From: Candidatus Rifleibacteriota bacterium
GTDB taxonomy: Bacteria; Muiribacteriota; Ozemobacteria; Ozemobacterales; Ozemobacteraceae
DNA length: 64,000 nt
Direction: 5' to 3'
Assembly (NCBI GenBank): GCA_012520995.1
Contig: JAAYNI010000010.1
Coordinates: 7,671 to 71,670, forward strand
The notes beneath the pieces are model-generated. The model saw only the letters and a program-made list of their open reading frames with translations, did no database searches and was not told the origin of the DNA. A program made the translations under genes and the position numbers. Positions 20,091 through 30,529 of this stretch are shown here, piece after piece. Positions within the stretch are counted from its first letter, which is position 1. Every line of letters starts with the position of its first letter.

Positions 20091-20795
20091 TTATGCGAAG
20101 AGTCCAAGAATCATAACCGAAACCATGGAACCCAGGGAAGTCAAACCTACAAGGCCAAAGCCTTCCAGCAAAGGATCCATTCCGGCAATAGAACTTGCTA
20201 AACCAACAGCCAATGCTGTATTGATGGGAATATTAACCGGACCCGTAGTTGCGCTTGCACAATCAAGCCCCAAAGCCGCAAAAGGTTCTTTTGTCAAAAT
20301 GGACAAGGCTATTACAAGAGCAAGCAACGGAATAGCTACATTTACATATTTAACACCATGCAAAATACGCCAAAGACCTATTGCCATAGCTCCACCGAAT
20401 CCTAAAGCCACAGTATTAATCAAAACTGTCGGAGAAATAGTGCCTCCAGAAGTTTCATCTATTTGCATTGCAAGAGATTTCAAACCTGGTTCCACAAGGG
20501 TCGCTCCGTAACCGATAGCAAAACCTATCAGTAAAATTATCCACTGCTTTTTCTGAAGAAGCGAGGCACCCATATCTGTCGCTAAAGGCACAAGACTCTG
20601 TTCTGTGCCTTTAAGGAAGAAATGCAAGCCTAGAATTGCAAAACAGACACCAGACACAAAACCTTTAACATTCTCAATAGGGCGTTTCAAGATTAGGAGC
20701 TGAATAATCAGAAGAATCATAGTGATTGGCAAAACTGATTTAACTGTTTCCCACAGAGGCTTTAAAAATTCCAATAGAGCCATGTTTTCCTCCAA
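20091..20795 (-). CDS. DUF1538-like integral membrane protein (known partner of P-II-like proteins)
   Basis: 234 aa with multiple TM segments. It lies immediately upstream of the P-II-like gene; DUF1538/P-II is a conserved neighbourhood. Confidence 0.45.
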   Translation of the reverse strand: MEENMALLEFLKPLWETVKSVLPITMILLIIQLLILKRPIENVKGFVSGVCFAILGLHFFLKGTEQSLVPLATDMGASLLQKKQWIILLIGFAIGYGATLVEPGLKSLAMQIDETSGGTISPTVLINTVALGFGGAMAIGLWRILHGVKYVNVAIPLLALVIALSILTKEPFAALGLDCASATTGPVNIPINTALAVGLASSIAGMDPLLEGFGLVGLTSLGSMVSVMILGLFA

Positions 20796-20805
20796 GCTAG
20801 ATTAA

Positions 20806-21975
20806 TTAATATAAAGATGATTCCAGAAGTAAATATTGAAGCAATCTTCCATTTTTTTGTTCCCTTACAAAAGAAACAAAAGACAAAGGAGATTTTTTCT
20901 TCATAAACATAAGAGAAATAATTACATTGCCAGATGATGCCGGATCATATGGTATTTTTTCAACTACAGATTTTGAAATTACAGGGTCACACGGGTTCCA
21001 AAAAGCCATTTTAGCATTAGGAAACTCGCTTACAGATACAATTTGAAGTCCAGCCTCTTTTATGTCATTCAACAGCATCTCCAGAGCCTGAATATTTTCC
21101 CTATATGTATCATGCAAAAGAATTCCGCCGCCTCTTGGTCTGCCGGAAGTTATACCCAACTGAGAAGCTGCTATTTCCCTGGTCATATTTGGATTTCTGT
21201 GTTCCCAGTCTTTAGGATCAACGTTCCAAAGCAATATTCTCATTCCCTCTTCCGAGGCAACTTCCAATACCATGTCATTATATTCCCCGTAAGGCGGTCT
21301 TAAATAAACCGGTTTAACCCCTGTAATTCTCCTTACTATGTCATTTGTCCTGATAATATCTTTCTTCAAGGCTTCACGATCCAAACGAGTGTAATTGGCA
21401 TGCGCCCAAGAATGGTTCCCTATTATGTGGCCCGCATCATACAAAGCTTTTATTATATGCGGATTTGCGGCTGCTCTATAGCCTTGCACCAAAAAAACAG
21501 CTTTCACGTTGTATCTGTCGAGAACATCCATTATGAATGGAGTAACTTCTTCTGAAGGCCCGTCATCAAAACTTAAGAAAACCTTCTTGTTGGCACTGAA
21601 ATATTCCGCTATCTGAGGACGAAAGAGATGAACTGGAGCAAAATCCTGCACAGCAACCTTATCATATAAATTTTCCAGTTCCGGAACAGTTCGAAATCTG
21701 TTTTCAGCAAGAGGGGCTTTCATTTCCCAAACAGGAGTGACAGGAGCCAAGCTTTTTCTGTCAGCAGAATTTCCAGAAGACAAGCTAAAGCTGTCTTCAA
21801 TAAGAAAAGTCCGGGAAATTCCCAAGCTTTCTGTTTTTTTGTCGAAAATATAAGGAAGATCGTCGTAATCAGGCTCTTTTACTTCGGAATACAGGGGCGA
21901 GAAACGAAATGGCAAAAACAGAAAAAAAATTGTTACTGTTGTGACTATAAAAAGCTTAATTTTTTCAAGTTTCAT
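20806..21975 (-). CDS. polysaccharide deacetylase (NodB-homology domain) with an N-terminal TM/signal segment
   Basis: NodB motifs FDDGP, H..SW.H and LLHD-like are all present. Confidence 0.8.
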   Translation of the reverse strand: MKLEKIKLFIVTTVTIFFLFLPFRFSPLYSEVKEPDYDDLPYIFDKKTESLGISRTFLIEDSFSLSSGNSADRKSLAPVTPVWEMKAPLAENRFRTVPELENLYDKVAVQDFAPVHLFRPQIAEYFSANKKVFLSFDDGPSEEVTPFIMDVLDRYNVKAVFLVQGYRAAANPHIIKALYDAGHIIGNHSWAHANYTRLDREALKKDIIRTNDIVRRITGVKPVYLRPPYGEYNDMVLEVASEEGMRILLWNVDPKDWEHRNPNMTREIAASQLGITSGRPRGGGILLHDTYRENIQALEMLLNDIKEAGLQIVSVSEFPNAKMAFWNPCDPVISKSVVEKIPYDPASSGNVIISLMFMKKKSPLSFVSFVREQKNGRLLQYLLLESSLY

Positions 21976-22113
21976 TAATAGGCGTGAATAGTTTTACATA
22001 AGAAAATATTCTTATTTGATGTATATTAAAGTAATTATGTTATTTTTTTAAAGTTGCAAAGTACACAATCGGAAGATAAGATAACACAAATTTATATTTA
22101 CGGGTAATTTTTA

Positions 22114-23214
22114 ATGTTTCTCTCAAATGCGAAAATAATGTTGGCAGAACCGGCAGACGAGGAATCTCTTATTTCATCACTGCAAAGCGGTGTAAAAACT
22201 CTTTCTGCAGGTGGCTGGGGCACTCTCTCTGAGCATGCCGTTACAGATATAACCATAGACACGCCAAAAGATGCGGCAATTTTCGCTTTGACAACCTGCA
22301 CGGGAAAAACCCTTCATTGCACTCCTGGACAACTCTGTTTCGCAAAATTTGCACCCAGCCAAAATCAAAATGTTCTTTATTTGCATGAGCGTTCAACTCT
22401 GGGATACAGGATAGCTCTTTCTGATAACATCTTCAGAGACTTAACAGACTCTGCCCCCTCAAGATTCCATCAAAGAGAGATAACCGACAAAATCTGGATT
22501 CTTGACACAAGCACAAACAACATGCTCTCAATCTTTATGCTCAAATATGTTGCCAGCAAATACGGCATCCCCGATGTGCCATTTATCCTGACATATACAG
22601 CCAACTCTCTCAACGAAGAGTTCATAAAACAAATATTTGACAGAATAGACACGCCAGCCCGTGCCAGAGAGCTTTTACAAGATTCTTGCATGTTTTTTGA
22701 ATATCCTCATATAACAGTCAGATATTCAAACGACAATTCAGCTCAAAGCAATTCGGTACAGCTTATTGTTTTCGGCGGAAACGAGATAAGCAGAAACGGC
22801 GAATTTTCGCATTTAATCAATATATCCAGCCTTTCAGATTTGTCCAAAATAGAAAAACAAGCGATACTCTGCAAAAACGGCAACAACAGTTTCTGGCTTC
22901 TTGAAATGACCAGAGAAGACCTAGAGGAAGCTGAACTTTTCGTAAAAACACTTTCACATTTGGACAATCTTGAAATAGTCAGAAAAGTCCAGCTGACAAA
23001 ACAGGATCCCTTCTATATTCTTCCAGCCTCCCATATAAAACCGGGAATGACAGTTCCTGTTATAAGCGGAACTAAGAAGACCATTATGGAAGATACGGTT
23101 CAAAGAGTTGAAATACTGGAAGCGCCAGGACAGCGCTACCGAGTTTCAGCAGGCAAAGCCAGCAACATCATATGCAACGGCTGGGTAGTTATGTGTTCCG
23201 ATGCCTCTGAATAG
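22114..23214 (+). CDS. hypothetical protein
   Basis: 366-aa ORF with no recognisable family. It lies immediately upstream of the helicase gene. Confidence 0.45.
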   Translation: MFLSNAKIMLAEPADEESLISSLQSGVKTLSAGGWGTLSEHAVTDITIDTPKDAAIFALTTCTGKTLHCTPGQLCFAKFAPSQNQNVLYLHERSTLGYRIALSDNIFRDLTDSAPSRFHQREITDKIWILDTSTNNMLSIFMLKYVASKYGIPDVPFILTYTANSLNEEFIKQIFDRIDTPARARELLQDSCMFFEYPHITVRYSNDNSAQSNSVQLIVFGGNEISRNGEFSHLINISSLSDLSKIEKQAILCKNGNNSFWLLEMTREDLEEAELFVKTLSHLDNLEIVRKVQLTKQDPFYILPASHIKPGMTVPVISGTKKTIMEDTVQRVEILEAPGQRYRVSAGKASNIICNGWVVMCSDASE

Positions 23215-23231
23215 ACAGGAGTGTGTAAAAA

Positions 23232-25535
23232 GTGAGAAGTTCAATAGCTGAAGAACTAAAGGGTCTTAACCCTCAACAGCTGGAAGCAGTCACTTGCACT
23301 GAAGGTCCCTTGCTTGTCGTAGCAGGAGCGGGTTCAGGCAAAACCAAAACCCTGACTGTGCGTTTAGCTTATCTGATCACAGAAAAAGGCGTTCCGCCAT
23401 CTTCGATTTTGGCGGTAACTTTCACAAACAAAGCCGCTAAAGAAATGAAAGAGCGAGTAGAAGGCTTGGTAGAATTTTGTGAAGAAAAGCCGACTGTTAC
23501 CACATTTCACTCATTTTGTTGCAGTCTGTTGCGCAGATGGAGCAAATTGGCCGGCTTTGAAGATGGATTTACCATATACGACGAAACTGACAGCAAAAAG
23601 CTCATTAAAGACGTTCTGAAAGAACTTAAGATAAATACCAAGACTTTTTCGCCCGCCCAACTCTCTGAGCAAATTTCAAAAGCTAAAAACGAGCTTCTTC
23701 TTCCTGACGATCTTATAGGATTGCATGAAATAGGCTTCACCAAGAGAGATACAGAATGTTATGCTCTCTACCAAAAGAAACTGGAACAAAATGCGGCCGC
23801 CGACTTTGACGATCTGATATTCAAAGTATATCTTATGCTCAAACGTCATCCTGAACTTCTGGCAAGACTCCAGGATATTTACAGATATTTTATGGTAGAC
23901 GAATATCAAGATACCAATAAAGCGCAGTATGAACTCATAGCTATGCTTTCTGCAAAAACCCGCAATCTTTGCGTAGTCGGAGATGAAGACCAGTCTATTT
24001 ACAGTTGGCGCGGAGCCACAATACGCAATATAAGAAACTTTGCGGAAGACTTTCCAGGCACTAAGGTTATTAAACTAGAGCAAAACTACCGCTCCGCTCA
24101 AAATATTCTTGACGCTGCCGGAAGCCTTATAGCCAATAACAAGTCGGTTCACTCAAAACATCTCTGGTCTGAAATAAAAGAAAGCCAACCCATAGTATTT
24201 AAGCGTCTTCCAGACGACAGAGAAGAAGCTGTTTGGGTAGTCAGAACTATAGAAGAGCTCCATGCCGAAGGACAAAGCTGGGACGACTTTTGCGTTTTAT
24301 TCAGAATGAACAGCTTAAGCCGGCCGGTTGAACAAATTTTGAAGCGCTTGAATATTCCATACGAGATGGCTGGAGGCACGAAGTATTTTGAACGCAGAGA
24401 AGTAAAAGATATCCTCGCTTACCTGAGAATAATAGACAATCCGCTGGATTCTGTTTCTATAGAACGCATAATTAACGTTCCTAGGCGCGGGATAGGAAAA
24501 ACCACTTTAGAAAAACTCATAGATAACGACCCGGATACTTCATTATGGGAAAAAATTCTAATGGAAGCTTCTGAAAACCCTTCTTCCAAAATCGCAGGTT
24601 TTTTAGAAATGATCATGGGCTTTATAGAATATTCTGAACAAGCGTCAGTCTCAGATTTGTGCAGAAAAATAATAGCAGAAACCGACTATTTTGAATATTT
24701 AAAGAAAAACGATCAAGAAACTGCCGAAGAACGAAAACAAAACGTTCAGGCTCTGGTTTCAGACATAAGATATCAAGAACAAGACGCCGATGAAGAGGGT
24801 CTCTCCCTTCGCAGCTATTTGGAAAGCGTAGCACTTCACTCAGACTTGGACGAAATCAAAGACGAGGGAGACAAAGTACGCCTCATGACCTTGCACAACG
24901 CCAAAGGCTTGGAATTCACCAATGTCTTCATGATAGCTATGGAAGAAGATATATTTCCTCACAGCCGCTCAAAAGATGAGAAAGATGATCTGGAAGAAGA
25001 GCGCAGATTGGCTTACGTTGGCATAACCAGAGCCAAAAAAGGACTTTATATGAGTTCTGCCGATCGCAGAATGATGTTCGGCAACTGGAAAGGCAATCCA
25101 GTCTCCCGTTTTGTGACAGAGATACCCACGCATATTTTTCAAGAAGGAGCCTTCAGCAGGGAAACCTCCTTTACAAAACGCGACTTTTCCTCTTCCAGTT
25201 CATCAAATTTTTCAGGACAACAAGCCTCAAACTTTTTTAAAACGCAAGCCCAAACTTCTATTCAAAAACCTAAATATACTTTCGCCAAATTCAGGCAAAA
25301 TCCACAACAGAAAGAAAAAGATGAGACTTTTGCTCTTACCACTGGAATGGCATCTGGAAACATGGTAAACTTGATACCTGGAGCCGAGGTATTTCATAAT
25401 ATATTCGGCGAAGGCACAGTTCAAAGCGTTTCTGGAGAAACGCTTGATGACTTCAGAGTTACGGTCAACTTTGAAGGCAAAGGCTTAAAAACCTTGCTCT
25501 TGCAATACACTACACTCAAAGTAAAAAATACATAG
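23232..25535 (+). CDS. ATP-dependent DNA helicase, UvrD/PcrA family
   Basis: The N-terminus LNPQQLEAVTCTEGPLLVVAGAGSGKTKTLT carries Walker A. The remaining SF1 motifs (DEYQDTN, VGDEDQSIYSWRGA, etc.) are present. Confidence 0.85.
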   Translation: MRSSIAEELKGLNPQQLEAVTCTEGPLLVVAGAGSGKTKTLTVRLAYLITEKGVPPSSILAVTFTNKAAKEMKERVEGLVEFCEEKPTVTTFHSFCCSLLRRWSKLAGFEDGFTIYDETDSKKLIKDVLKELKINTKTFSPAQLSEQISKAKNELLLPDDLIGLHEIGFTKRDTECYALYQKKLEQNAAADFDDLIFKVYLMLKRHPELLARLQDIYRYFMVDEYQDTNKAQYELIAMLSAKTRNLCVVGDEDQSIYSWRGATIRNIRNFAEDFPGTKVIKLEQNYRSAQNILDAAGSLIANNKSVHSKHLWSEIKESQPIVFKRLPDDREEAVWVVRTIEELHAEGQSWDDFCVLFRMNSLSRPVEQILKRLNIPYEMAGGTKYFERREVKDILAYLRIIDNPLDSVSIERIINVPRRGIGKTTLEKLIDNDPDTSLWEKILMEASENPSSKIAGFLEMIMGFIEYSEQASVSDLCRKIIAETDYFEYLKKNDQETAEERKQNVQALVSDIRYQEQDADEEGLSLRSYLESVALHSDLDEIKDEGDKVRLMTLHNAKGLEFTNVFMIAMEEDIFPHSRSKDEKDDLEEERRLAYVGITRAKKGLYMSSADRRMMFGNWKGNPVSRFVTEIPTHIFQEGAFSRETSFTKRDFSSSSSSNFSGQQASNFFKTQAQTSIQKPKYTFAKFRQNPQQKEKDETFALTTGMASGNMVNLIPGAEVFHNIFGEGTVQSVSGETLDDFRVTVNFEGKGLKTLLLQYTTLKVKNT

Positions 25536-25536
25536 T

Positions 25537-26037
25537 TTGGAGAAAATAATGAAACTGTTCAGATTTATTTGGAAGTCAGTCATATTGGCCGGCGTATTTG
25601 GCGTTGGATTTGTAATCGGCAGAGAACACAGTTTTGAAGAAGAAGAAGCCTGGGAACTGGAAAACGAAAAAAAACGACAAAAAGAAAAAGAGAATGGCTC
25701 CGATGATGACGAGGAAGGTCCTTGTAGCAGCTGTTCCTCAGCTGAATCAAAAAAGGCAAAAGCCGTAGAAAATCCGGCAGATAACGAAGTTGTTTTTGAA
25801 TACGAAGACCCTGAAGCAAACAAAGTCTCTTTGGTAGGCACCTTCAACAACTGGAACAAAGACTCTGATCCGATGGAAAAGATCGACAACGTCTGGAAAC
25901 GCACTGTTATGCTGCCTCAAGGAACTCACGAATATCAGTTCGTCATAAATGACACTGAATGGCTCTCTGATCCTGCAACCGAAAACAAAGTTCCAAATAA
26001 GTACAAAGGACAGAACTCAGTTATCACCATCCAATAA
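25537..26037 (+). CDS. membrane-anchored CBM48 / AMPK-beta glycogen-binding-domain-like protein
   Basis: N-terminal TM segment, an acidic linker, then VVFEYEDPEANKVSLVGTFNNWNKD...GTHEYQFVINDTEWLSDP, the E-set/CBM48 pattern. Confidence 0.55.
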   Translation: MEKIMKLFRFIWKSVILAGVFGVGFVIGREHSFEEEEAWELENEKKRQKEKENGSDDDEEGPCSSCSSAESKKAKAVENPADNEVVFEYEDPEANKVSLVGTFNNWNKDSDPMEKIDNVWKRTVMLPQGTHEYQFVINDTEWLSDPATENKVPNKYKGQNSVITIQ

Positions 26038-26052
26038 ACACAGAAAGCTGAA

Positions 26053-29000
26053 ATGACTCCGAAAATTTATCTCGAAGAAATATGTGACAGAGAAAATCTT
26101 AAGACCTTTGTCTCACGCTTTGCACATTTTACAGACGTAAATGCGGTACCTGTAAACGAGCGCGGCGAGGCGCTTTTTGACAATCTCCACCAGATACTTC
26201 CCGGAGTGGAAGATTTCAATGAGTTTGCAGCCTATCCTGCCTCTGAAATGATACAACGCCCCGATGGTTCTCACGTAAAGCTTATGAAGCTTATGAACGG
26301 CTCTCAGCATTACGGCTCAGTCTTGCTGGGTCCATTTTTCTTTGAAGGAGAAAACAAAGGCGAAAGCTCTGCTCCATCATTGTCTAAAAAGACCCTCGAA
26401 ATTATGACTGAGATGATTACAGAGTTTTTTGAAAACTCTATAAAACTCTACGAAGAACGCAGAGCCCTTGCAAAAAAAGAAAAGATTCTCTCTGTACTTG
26501 AAAAAGCTTCCAGCGTAATGAACACCAAAATAGAATTCCAGAATCTTCTGGAATTTCTCATGGATATCTCCATAGATATAACAGGAGCTGAAGGCGGCAC
26601 AATTCTTCTCAGAGAAGAAAACAGCGACAATCTGGTAATTACTGTAGCCAGGGGCAAATACCCCCAAGAAGTCAAAAAGGTAAAGGTTCCTATAGGTTCC
26701 GGGCTCACTGGCTGGGTAGCCAAATACAAAAAGTCACTTAACGTTCCAAACGTTCTCTTAGATCCCCGCTACATCGAAACACCCGAATCCATATATTCGG
26801 AACTAGCCGTTCCGATGGTAATAGTAGAAAGAACCATAGGCGTACTGGTTGTCAATTCTTCGGAGATCAACGCTTTCACAAAAGAAGATGTCCAGACTCT
26901 CACTACTCTGGCTTCCATAGTAACAAAGGTTCTTGAAAACTCAAGACTCCTCTCTGATTCTGATCAGAAGCTGAGAGAGCTTTCAAAGCTCTTTACTATT
27001 TCTGAACGCCTTTCAGTCAGAAGCCTTGACAGAGCTGGCTACTGCGACATCTTAGGACAGCTTTCTGAAGCGCTCCTTACAGATGCGGCATCTCTCATGC
27101 TTTTCAACAGTGACAGAGAAGAACTAACAATGAGAGCTTCCTATGGCCTGCCAGAAGAGCTCGACAGCCTGACAATAGCCAAAGGGAAAGGCTATCACGG
27201 CTGGGTTGCGGCTCAAATGACTCCAATTCACATTCACAACACAGCTCTCGATAACACAATTGCTCACGCATGTTTTTTAGACGAATTCTCCAAATCTTTG
27301 ATGATCATACCATTGATCAATGCCGAAGAGCGCTTGGTCGGTCTTATCGGTGTTTACAGCAATGAAGACAAAGGCACTCTTTCCGAAGCATCAGCAGATC
27401 TTTTAATGGCGGTCGGAAGAATAGTGACAGCCCACCTTGAAAACGACAGGCTCTTCAACGACTCCAGAAGAAAGCTCGATTATCTTTCCACTCTCTACAA
27501 GGTCGGTTCTTCAGTTTCAAAAACCCTTAACATCACCCCGCTCTTCGAAACTATATTGCAGCAAGTTCAAGAAGTAATGGACGTTGAAAACTGCTCGCTT
27601 ATGGCCTATGATTCCATCCGCAAGAAACTTACCTTAGATGCGGCTATAGGCTTGCCAAGCGATATGGTCGGCAAAGTAGAATCAGATCTCGGCGAAGGTA
27701 TAGCTGGCTGGGTCGCAGCAAATAAAAAGCCTGTTCTCCTCAAAGATATATCCAAAGACGCAAGATTTGCCAAACGCAACGGCAGACTTGACTATAAAAC
27801 ACGTTCCGTTCTTTCTGTACCGATATTGCACCAAGAAGACCTATTAGGCGTTTTAAACGTGAACAACAAAAGAAGCGGTGATGCCTTCTTTGAAGACGAC
27901 TTGAATCTGCTTCTAGGCATTTCCGGCCAGATCTCCCAAGCCATAGCCAACGCCAGCCTTCACGAAAAAACTGACATGCAGGTTGCCGAATTGAGCCTCA
28001 TCCAAGAACTTGGCAAGGCTATCAACTCCTCTCTGGATCTTGATTCTGTCTTGAATTATTTCATAGATATGACTACCAGAATCACTGAAGCCGACAAATC
28101 AACCTTAATGCTCTTCGACGAAGAAACTCAAGAGCTTTATGTTGAAGCTAGCAGAGGTTTTGAAGATGAAAATAAAATCAATGATGTCAGATTAAAACTT
28201 GGCGAAGGCATAGCAGGTCAGGTAGCTCTGTCTCATAGACCTATGAAGCTTGACAATGTCACAGCCAGCAAGGAATATACTCTCTTGGACTGCCTGAAAC
28301 GTCCAAAAGATCTCACTCTTATGACCGCGCCTCTGATTAACAAAGAGCAACTTATCGGCGTAATAAACTGTGAACGCCTCTTGGAAAAGAAAGGTCCTTT
28401 CACGCCCGAAAACCTTGACCTTCTTGACACATTAGCTTCACAGGCTTCTATTGCTATAGAAAACGCGAGGCTCTATCATAATCTGCTGAGTGTCTACCTT
28501 GAAACCATTAGATCTCTTGCAGCAGCTATTGACGCTAAAGACTCTTATACTCACGGACACTCCAGACGTGTTACAGAGATAAGCGTAGGACTGGCTATGG
28601 AAATGAATCTGCCTAAAAACGAAGTAGATACCATACGCCACGCCTCTTTGCTTCACGACGTAGGCAAAATAGGCATATCAGACAAGGTTCTGCTTAAGCC
28701 TGGCAAATTGACAGATGATGAATTTGAAACAATCAAATCACATCCATTCATAGGCGCCCGCATTCTTGGCTCCATCGAGTTTCTCAAAGATGTCTGCGAA
28801 ATAATAGAGCATCATCACGAAAGGTTTGACGGCAAAGGATATCCTGACAAACTCAAAGGCGATGAAATACCTTTGGGTGCAAGAATTATCTGCCTTGCAG
28901 ACTCTTTTGATGCCATAACCTCATGCAGACCTTACAGAAAGCCGCTGACTTTTGAGGCTGCCACTGAAGAAATGTTACGCTGCTCAGGCACTCAGTTCGA

Positions 29001-29130
29001 CCCTCAAGTAGTAGACGCTTTCTTGAGGCTTAGAACCTCAAAATACTGTCCGCCTTGGTTGCTTTCCTTCCCCTCAACAGAAACAGAAACAGAAGAAAAG
29101 TGTCTGAACGTGACAACTCAGGAAATCTGA
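26053..29130 (+). CDS. multi-GAF-domain HD-GYP phosphodiesterase (c-di-GMP signalling)
   Basis: Several GAF-like modules are followed by the HD-GYP signature (HDVGKIGI...HHERFDGKGYPD). Confidence 0.8.
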   Translation: MTPKIYLEEICDRENLKTFVSRFAHFTDVNAVPVNERGEALFDNLHQILPGVEDFNEFAAYPASEMIQRPDGSHVKLMKLMNGSQHYGSVLLGPFFFEGENKGESSAPSLSKKTLEIMTEMITEFFENSIKLYEERRALAKKEKILSVLEKASSVMNTKIEFQNLLEFLMDISIDITGAEGGTILLREENSDNLVITVARGKYPQEVKKVKVPIGSGLTGWVAKYKKSLNVPNVLLDPRYIETPESIYSELAVPMVIVERTIGVLVVNSSEINAFTKEDVQTLTTLASIVTKVLENSRLLSDSDQKLRELSKLFTISERLSVRSLDRAGYCDILGQLSEALLTDAASLMLFNSDREELTMRASYGLPEELDSLTIAKGKGYHGWVAAQMTPIHIHNTALDNTIAHACFLDEFSKSLMIIPLINAEERLVGLIGVYSNEDKGTLSEASADLLMAVGRIVTAHLENDRLFNDSRRKLDYLSTLYKVGSSVSKTLNITPLFETILQQVQEVMDVENCSLMAYDSIRKKLTLDAAIGLPSDMVGKVESDLGEGIAGWVAANKKPVLLKDISKDARFAKRNGRLDYKTRSVLSVPILHQEDLLGVLNVNNKRSGDAFFEDDLNLLLGISGQISQAIANASLHEKTDMQVAELSLIQELGKAINSSLDLDSVLNYFIDMTTRITEADKSTLMLFDEETQELYVEASRGFEDENKINDVRLKLGEGIAGQVALSHRPMKLDNVTASKEYTLLDCLKRPKDLTLMTAPLINKEQLIGVINCERLLEKKGPFTPENLDLLDTLASQASIAIENARLYHNLLSVYLETIRSLAAAIDAKDSYTHGHSRRVTEISVGLAMEMNLPKNEVDTIRHASLLHDVGKIGISDKVLLKPGKLTDDEFETIKSHPFIGARILGSIEFLKDVCEIIEHHHERFDGKGYPDKLKGDEIPLGARIICLADSFDAITSCRPYRKPLTFEAATEEMLRCSGTQFDPQVVDAFLRLRTSKYCPPWLLSFPSTETETEEKCLNVTTQEI

Positions 29131-29207
29131 TTAGCACTTTTAGGTCTTGACTCAAACCTTCATTTATATATCTTCTCATTACAGTATTAATGAAGAGGAG
29201 AACTTAA

Positions 29208-30005
29208 ATGAAGAAACATTTATTGACCCTGTTCATACTTCTTTTTGGAGCTTCAACCGCTTTTGCGGGAAGCTTTTCAATTTTAGGAGTAAACAGATGG
29301 AAAAGCGACCTGTCAGGTAACTTGAAAATCGGGGAATCTACAATTCCTGGAAACAAAGTGGAACTGGATTTGGGAAGCGAAGCTGGCTTTGGTAAAGAAA
29401 AAGTTACAGGCTTCACCTACAAGAAAGATTTTGGCAATTCATGGAAACTTGGATTAAGCTACGTAGGAGTCGACCATGACACCACTTTCCAGCTTACACA
29501 AGACTTTGAATTTGACAACAAAGTCTATAAGGCCAATGCTGATATCAGCATGTCACTTGAAAACACCTGGTTTGATATTTCAGCATCAAAAGAGCTGACA
29601 AAAAGCCAAGACAAAAACTTCAACTTAGACGGCACTCTCGGAGTGAAAATCAGCAAAAGCAAGATTGCTGTTTCAGGCACTGACAATCTCAACAACCAGA
29701 TGTCGCACAGTTGGGACGAAACCATCCCTGTACCTTACATAGGACTCGCATTAAGCGGCGAACTTGGCGAAAAATTCACCTACAGTGCTCACTACAACTG
29801 GCTTGGAGCCAAAGTTGGCGACTATGATGCCAGCTTTAAAGACATAGAGCTCAAAGGAGCTATCCGCCTCAATGAAAAGAACGCAGACAAGGAATGGTTC
29901 TTCTATCTTGCCAAGCAAAAAATCGAATATGACATAGAGGGTAAAGACAATAAGTTGGTTCTTGATTACTCAGGTCCTGTTTTCGGTTTGGAAGTTCACT
30001 TCTAA
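29208..30005 (+). CDS. outer-membrane beta-barrel protein candidate
   Basis: Signal peptide LLFGASTAFA, alternating amphipathic beta-like segments, and a C-terminal ...GLEVHF with a terminal Phe. Confidence 0.5.
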   Translation: MKKHLLTLFILLFGASTAFAGSFSILGVNRWKSDLSGNLKIGESTIPGNKVELDLGSEAGFGKEKVTGFTYKKDFGNSWKLGLSYVGVDHDTTFQLTQDFEFDNKVYKANADISMSLENTWFDISASKELTKSQDKNFNLDGTLGVKISKSKIAVSGTDNLNNQMSHSWDETIPVPYIGLALSGELGEKFTYSAHYNWLGAKVGDYDASFKDIELKGAIRLNEKNADKEWFFYLAKQKIEYDIEGKDNKLVLDYSGPVFGLEVHF

Positions 30006-30014
30006 AAAGCTTAA

Positions 30015-30053
30015 AAACAAAAACCCTGCTGAATAGCAGGGTTTTTGTTTTTT
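30015..30053. terminator. bidirectional rho-independent terminator
   Basis: The hairpin ccctgct gaat agcaggg is flanked by an A-run and a T-run, between the convergent 29208 and mrnC genes. Confidence 0.7.
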
Positions 30054-30061
30054 AAAGAAAT

Positions 30062-30529
30062 TCAGGCGACTCCCAAAAGCTCAAAAGCAACATCAAAGAG
30101 CTTTCTCAAGTCCTCGGAGCGACCCGTTACAAAGAGATAACCGACCCAAGCTTCCAAGGCTGTTGCCCTAGCATATTCGCCAGGAGTTCCCGCACCATGC
30201 TTGGCAGGCATTTTGGCATTTCTCCAGCAAATCACCATAGCTTGCTCTTCTTCCGACAAGCCAGGAAATATCTTGTCAAAAAGCACCGCCTGAGCTACAG
30301 AGTTTACTTTCTTGGTAATCTCTGAATGCAAGCGGCCTGCATCATCAATGCCGTTTTTAACATGTTCCATGCGGAACATTAATTCATAAACAGCATCTCC
30401 TATATAAGCCAAGGTTCTTGAAGGCAGCTTGGCAGCCTCTTTCGGGTTCCAGACTTGAGAAATCTCAAAAAATGAAGAGCCCGACAAAATGCCTTTATCA
30501 ACTTTCATGCCGATTAAGCTTTCCGCCAA
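30062..30529 (-). CDS. mrnC: Mini-ribonuclease III
   Basis: LAYIGDAVYELMFR RNase III-like signature in a roughly 150-aa protein. It is located directly downstream of cysS, as in Bacillus. Confidence 0.7.
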   Translation of the reverse strand: MAESLIGMKVDKGILSGSSFFEISQVWNPKEAAKLPSRTLAYIGDAVYELMFRMEHVKNGIDDAGRLHSEITKKVNSVAQAVLFDKIFPGLSEEEQAMVICWRNAKMPAKHGAGTPGEYARATALEAWVGYLFVTGRSEDLRKLFDVAFELLGVA

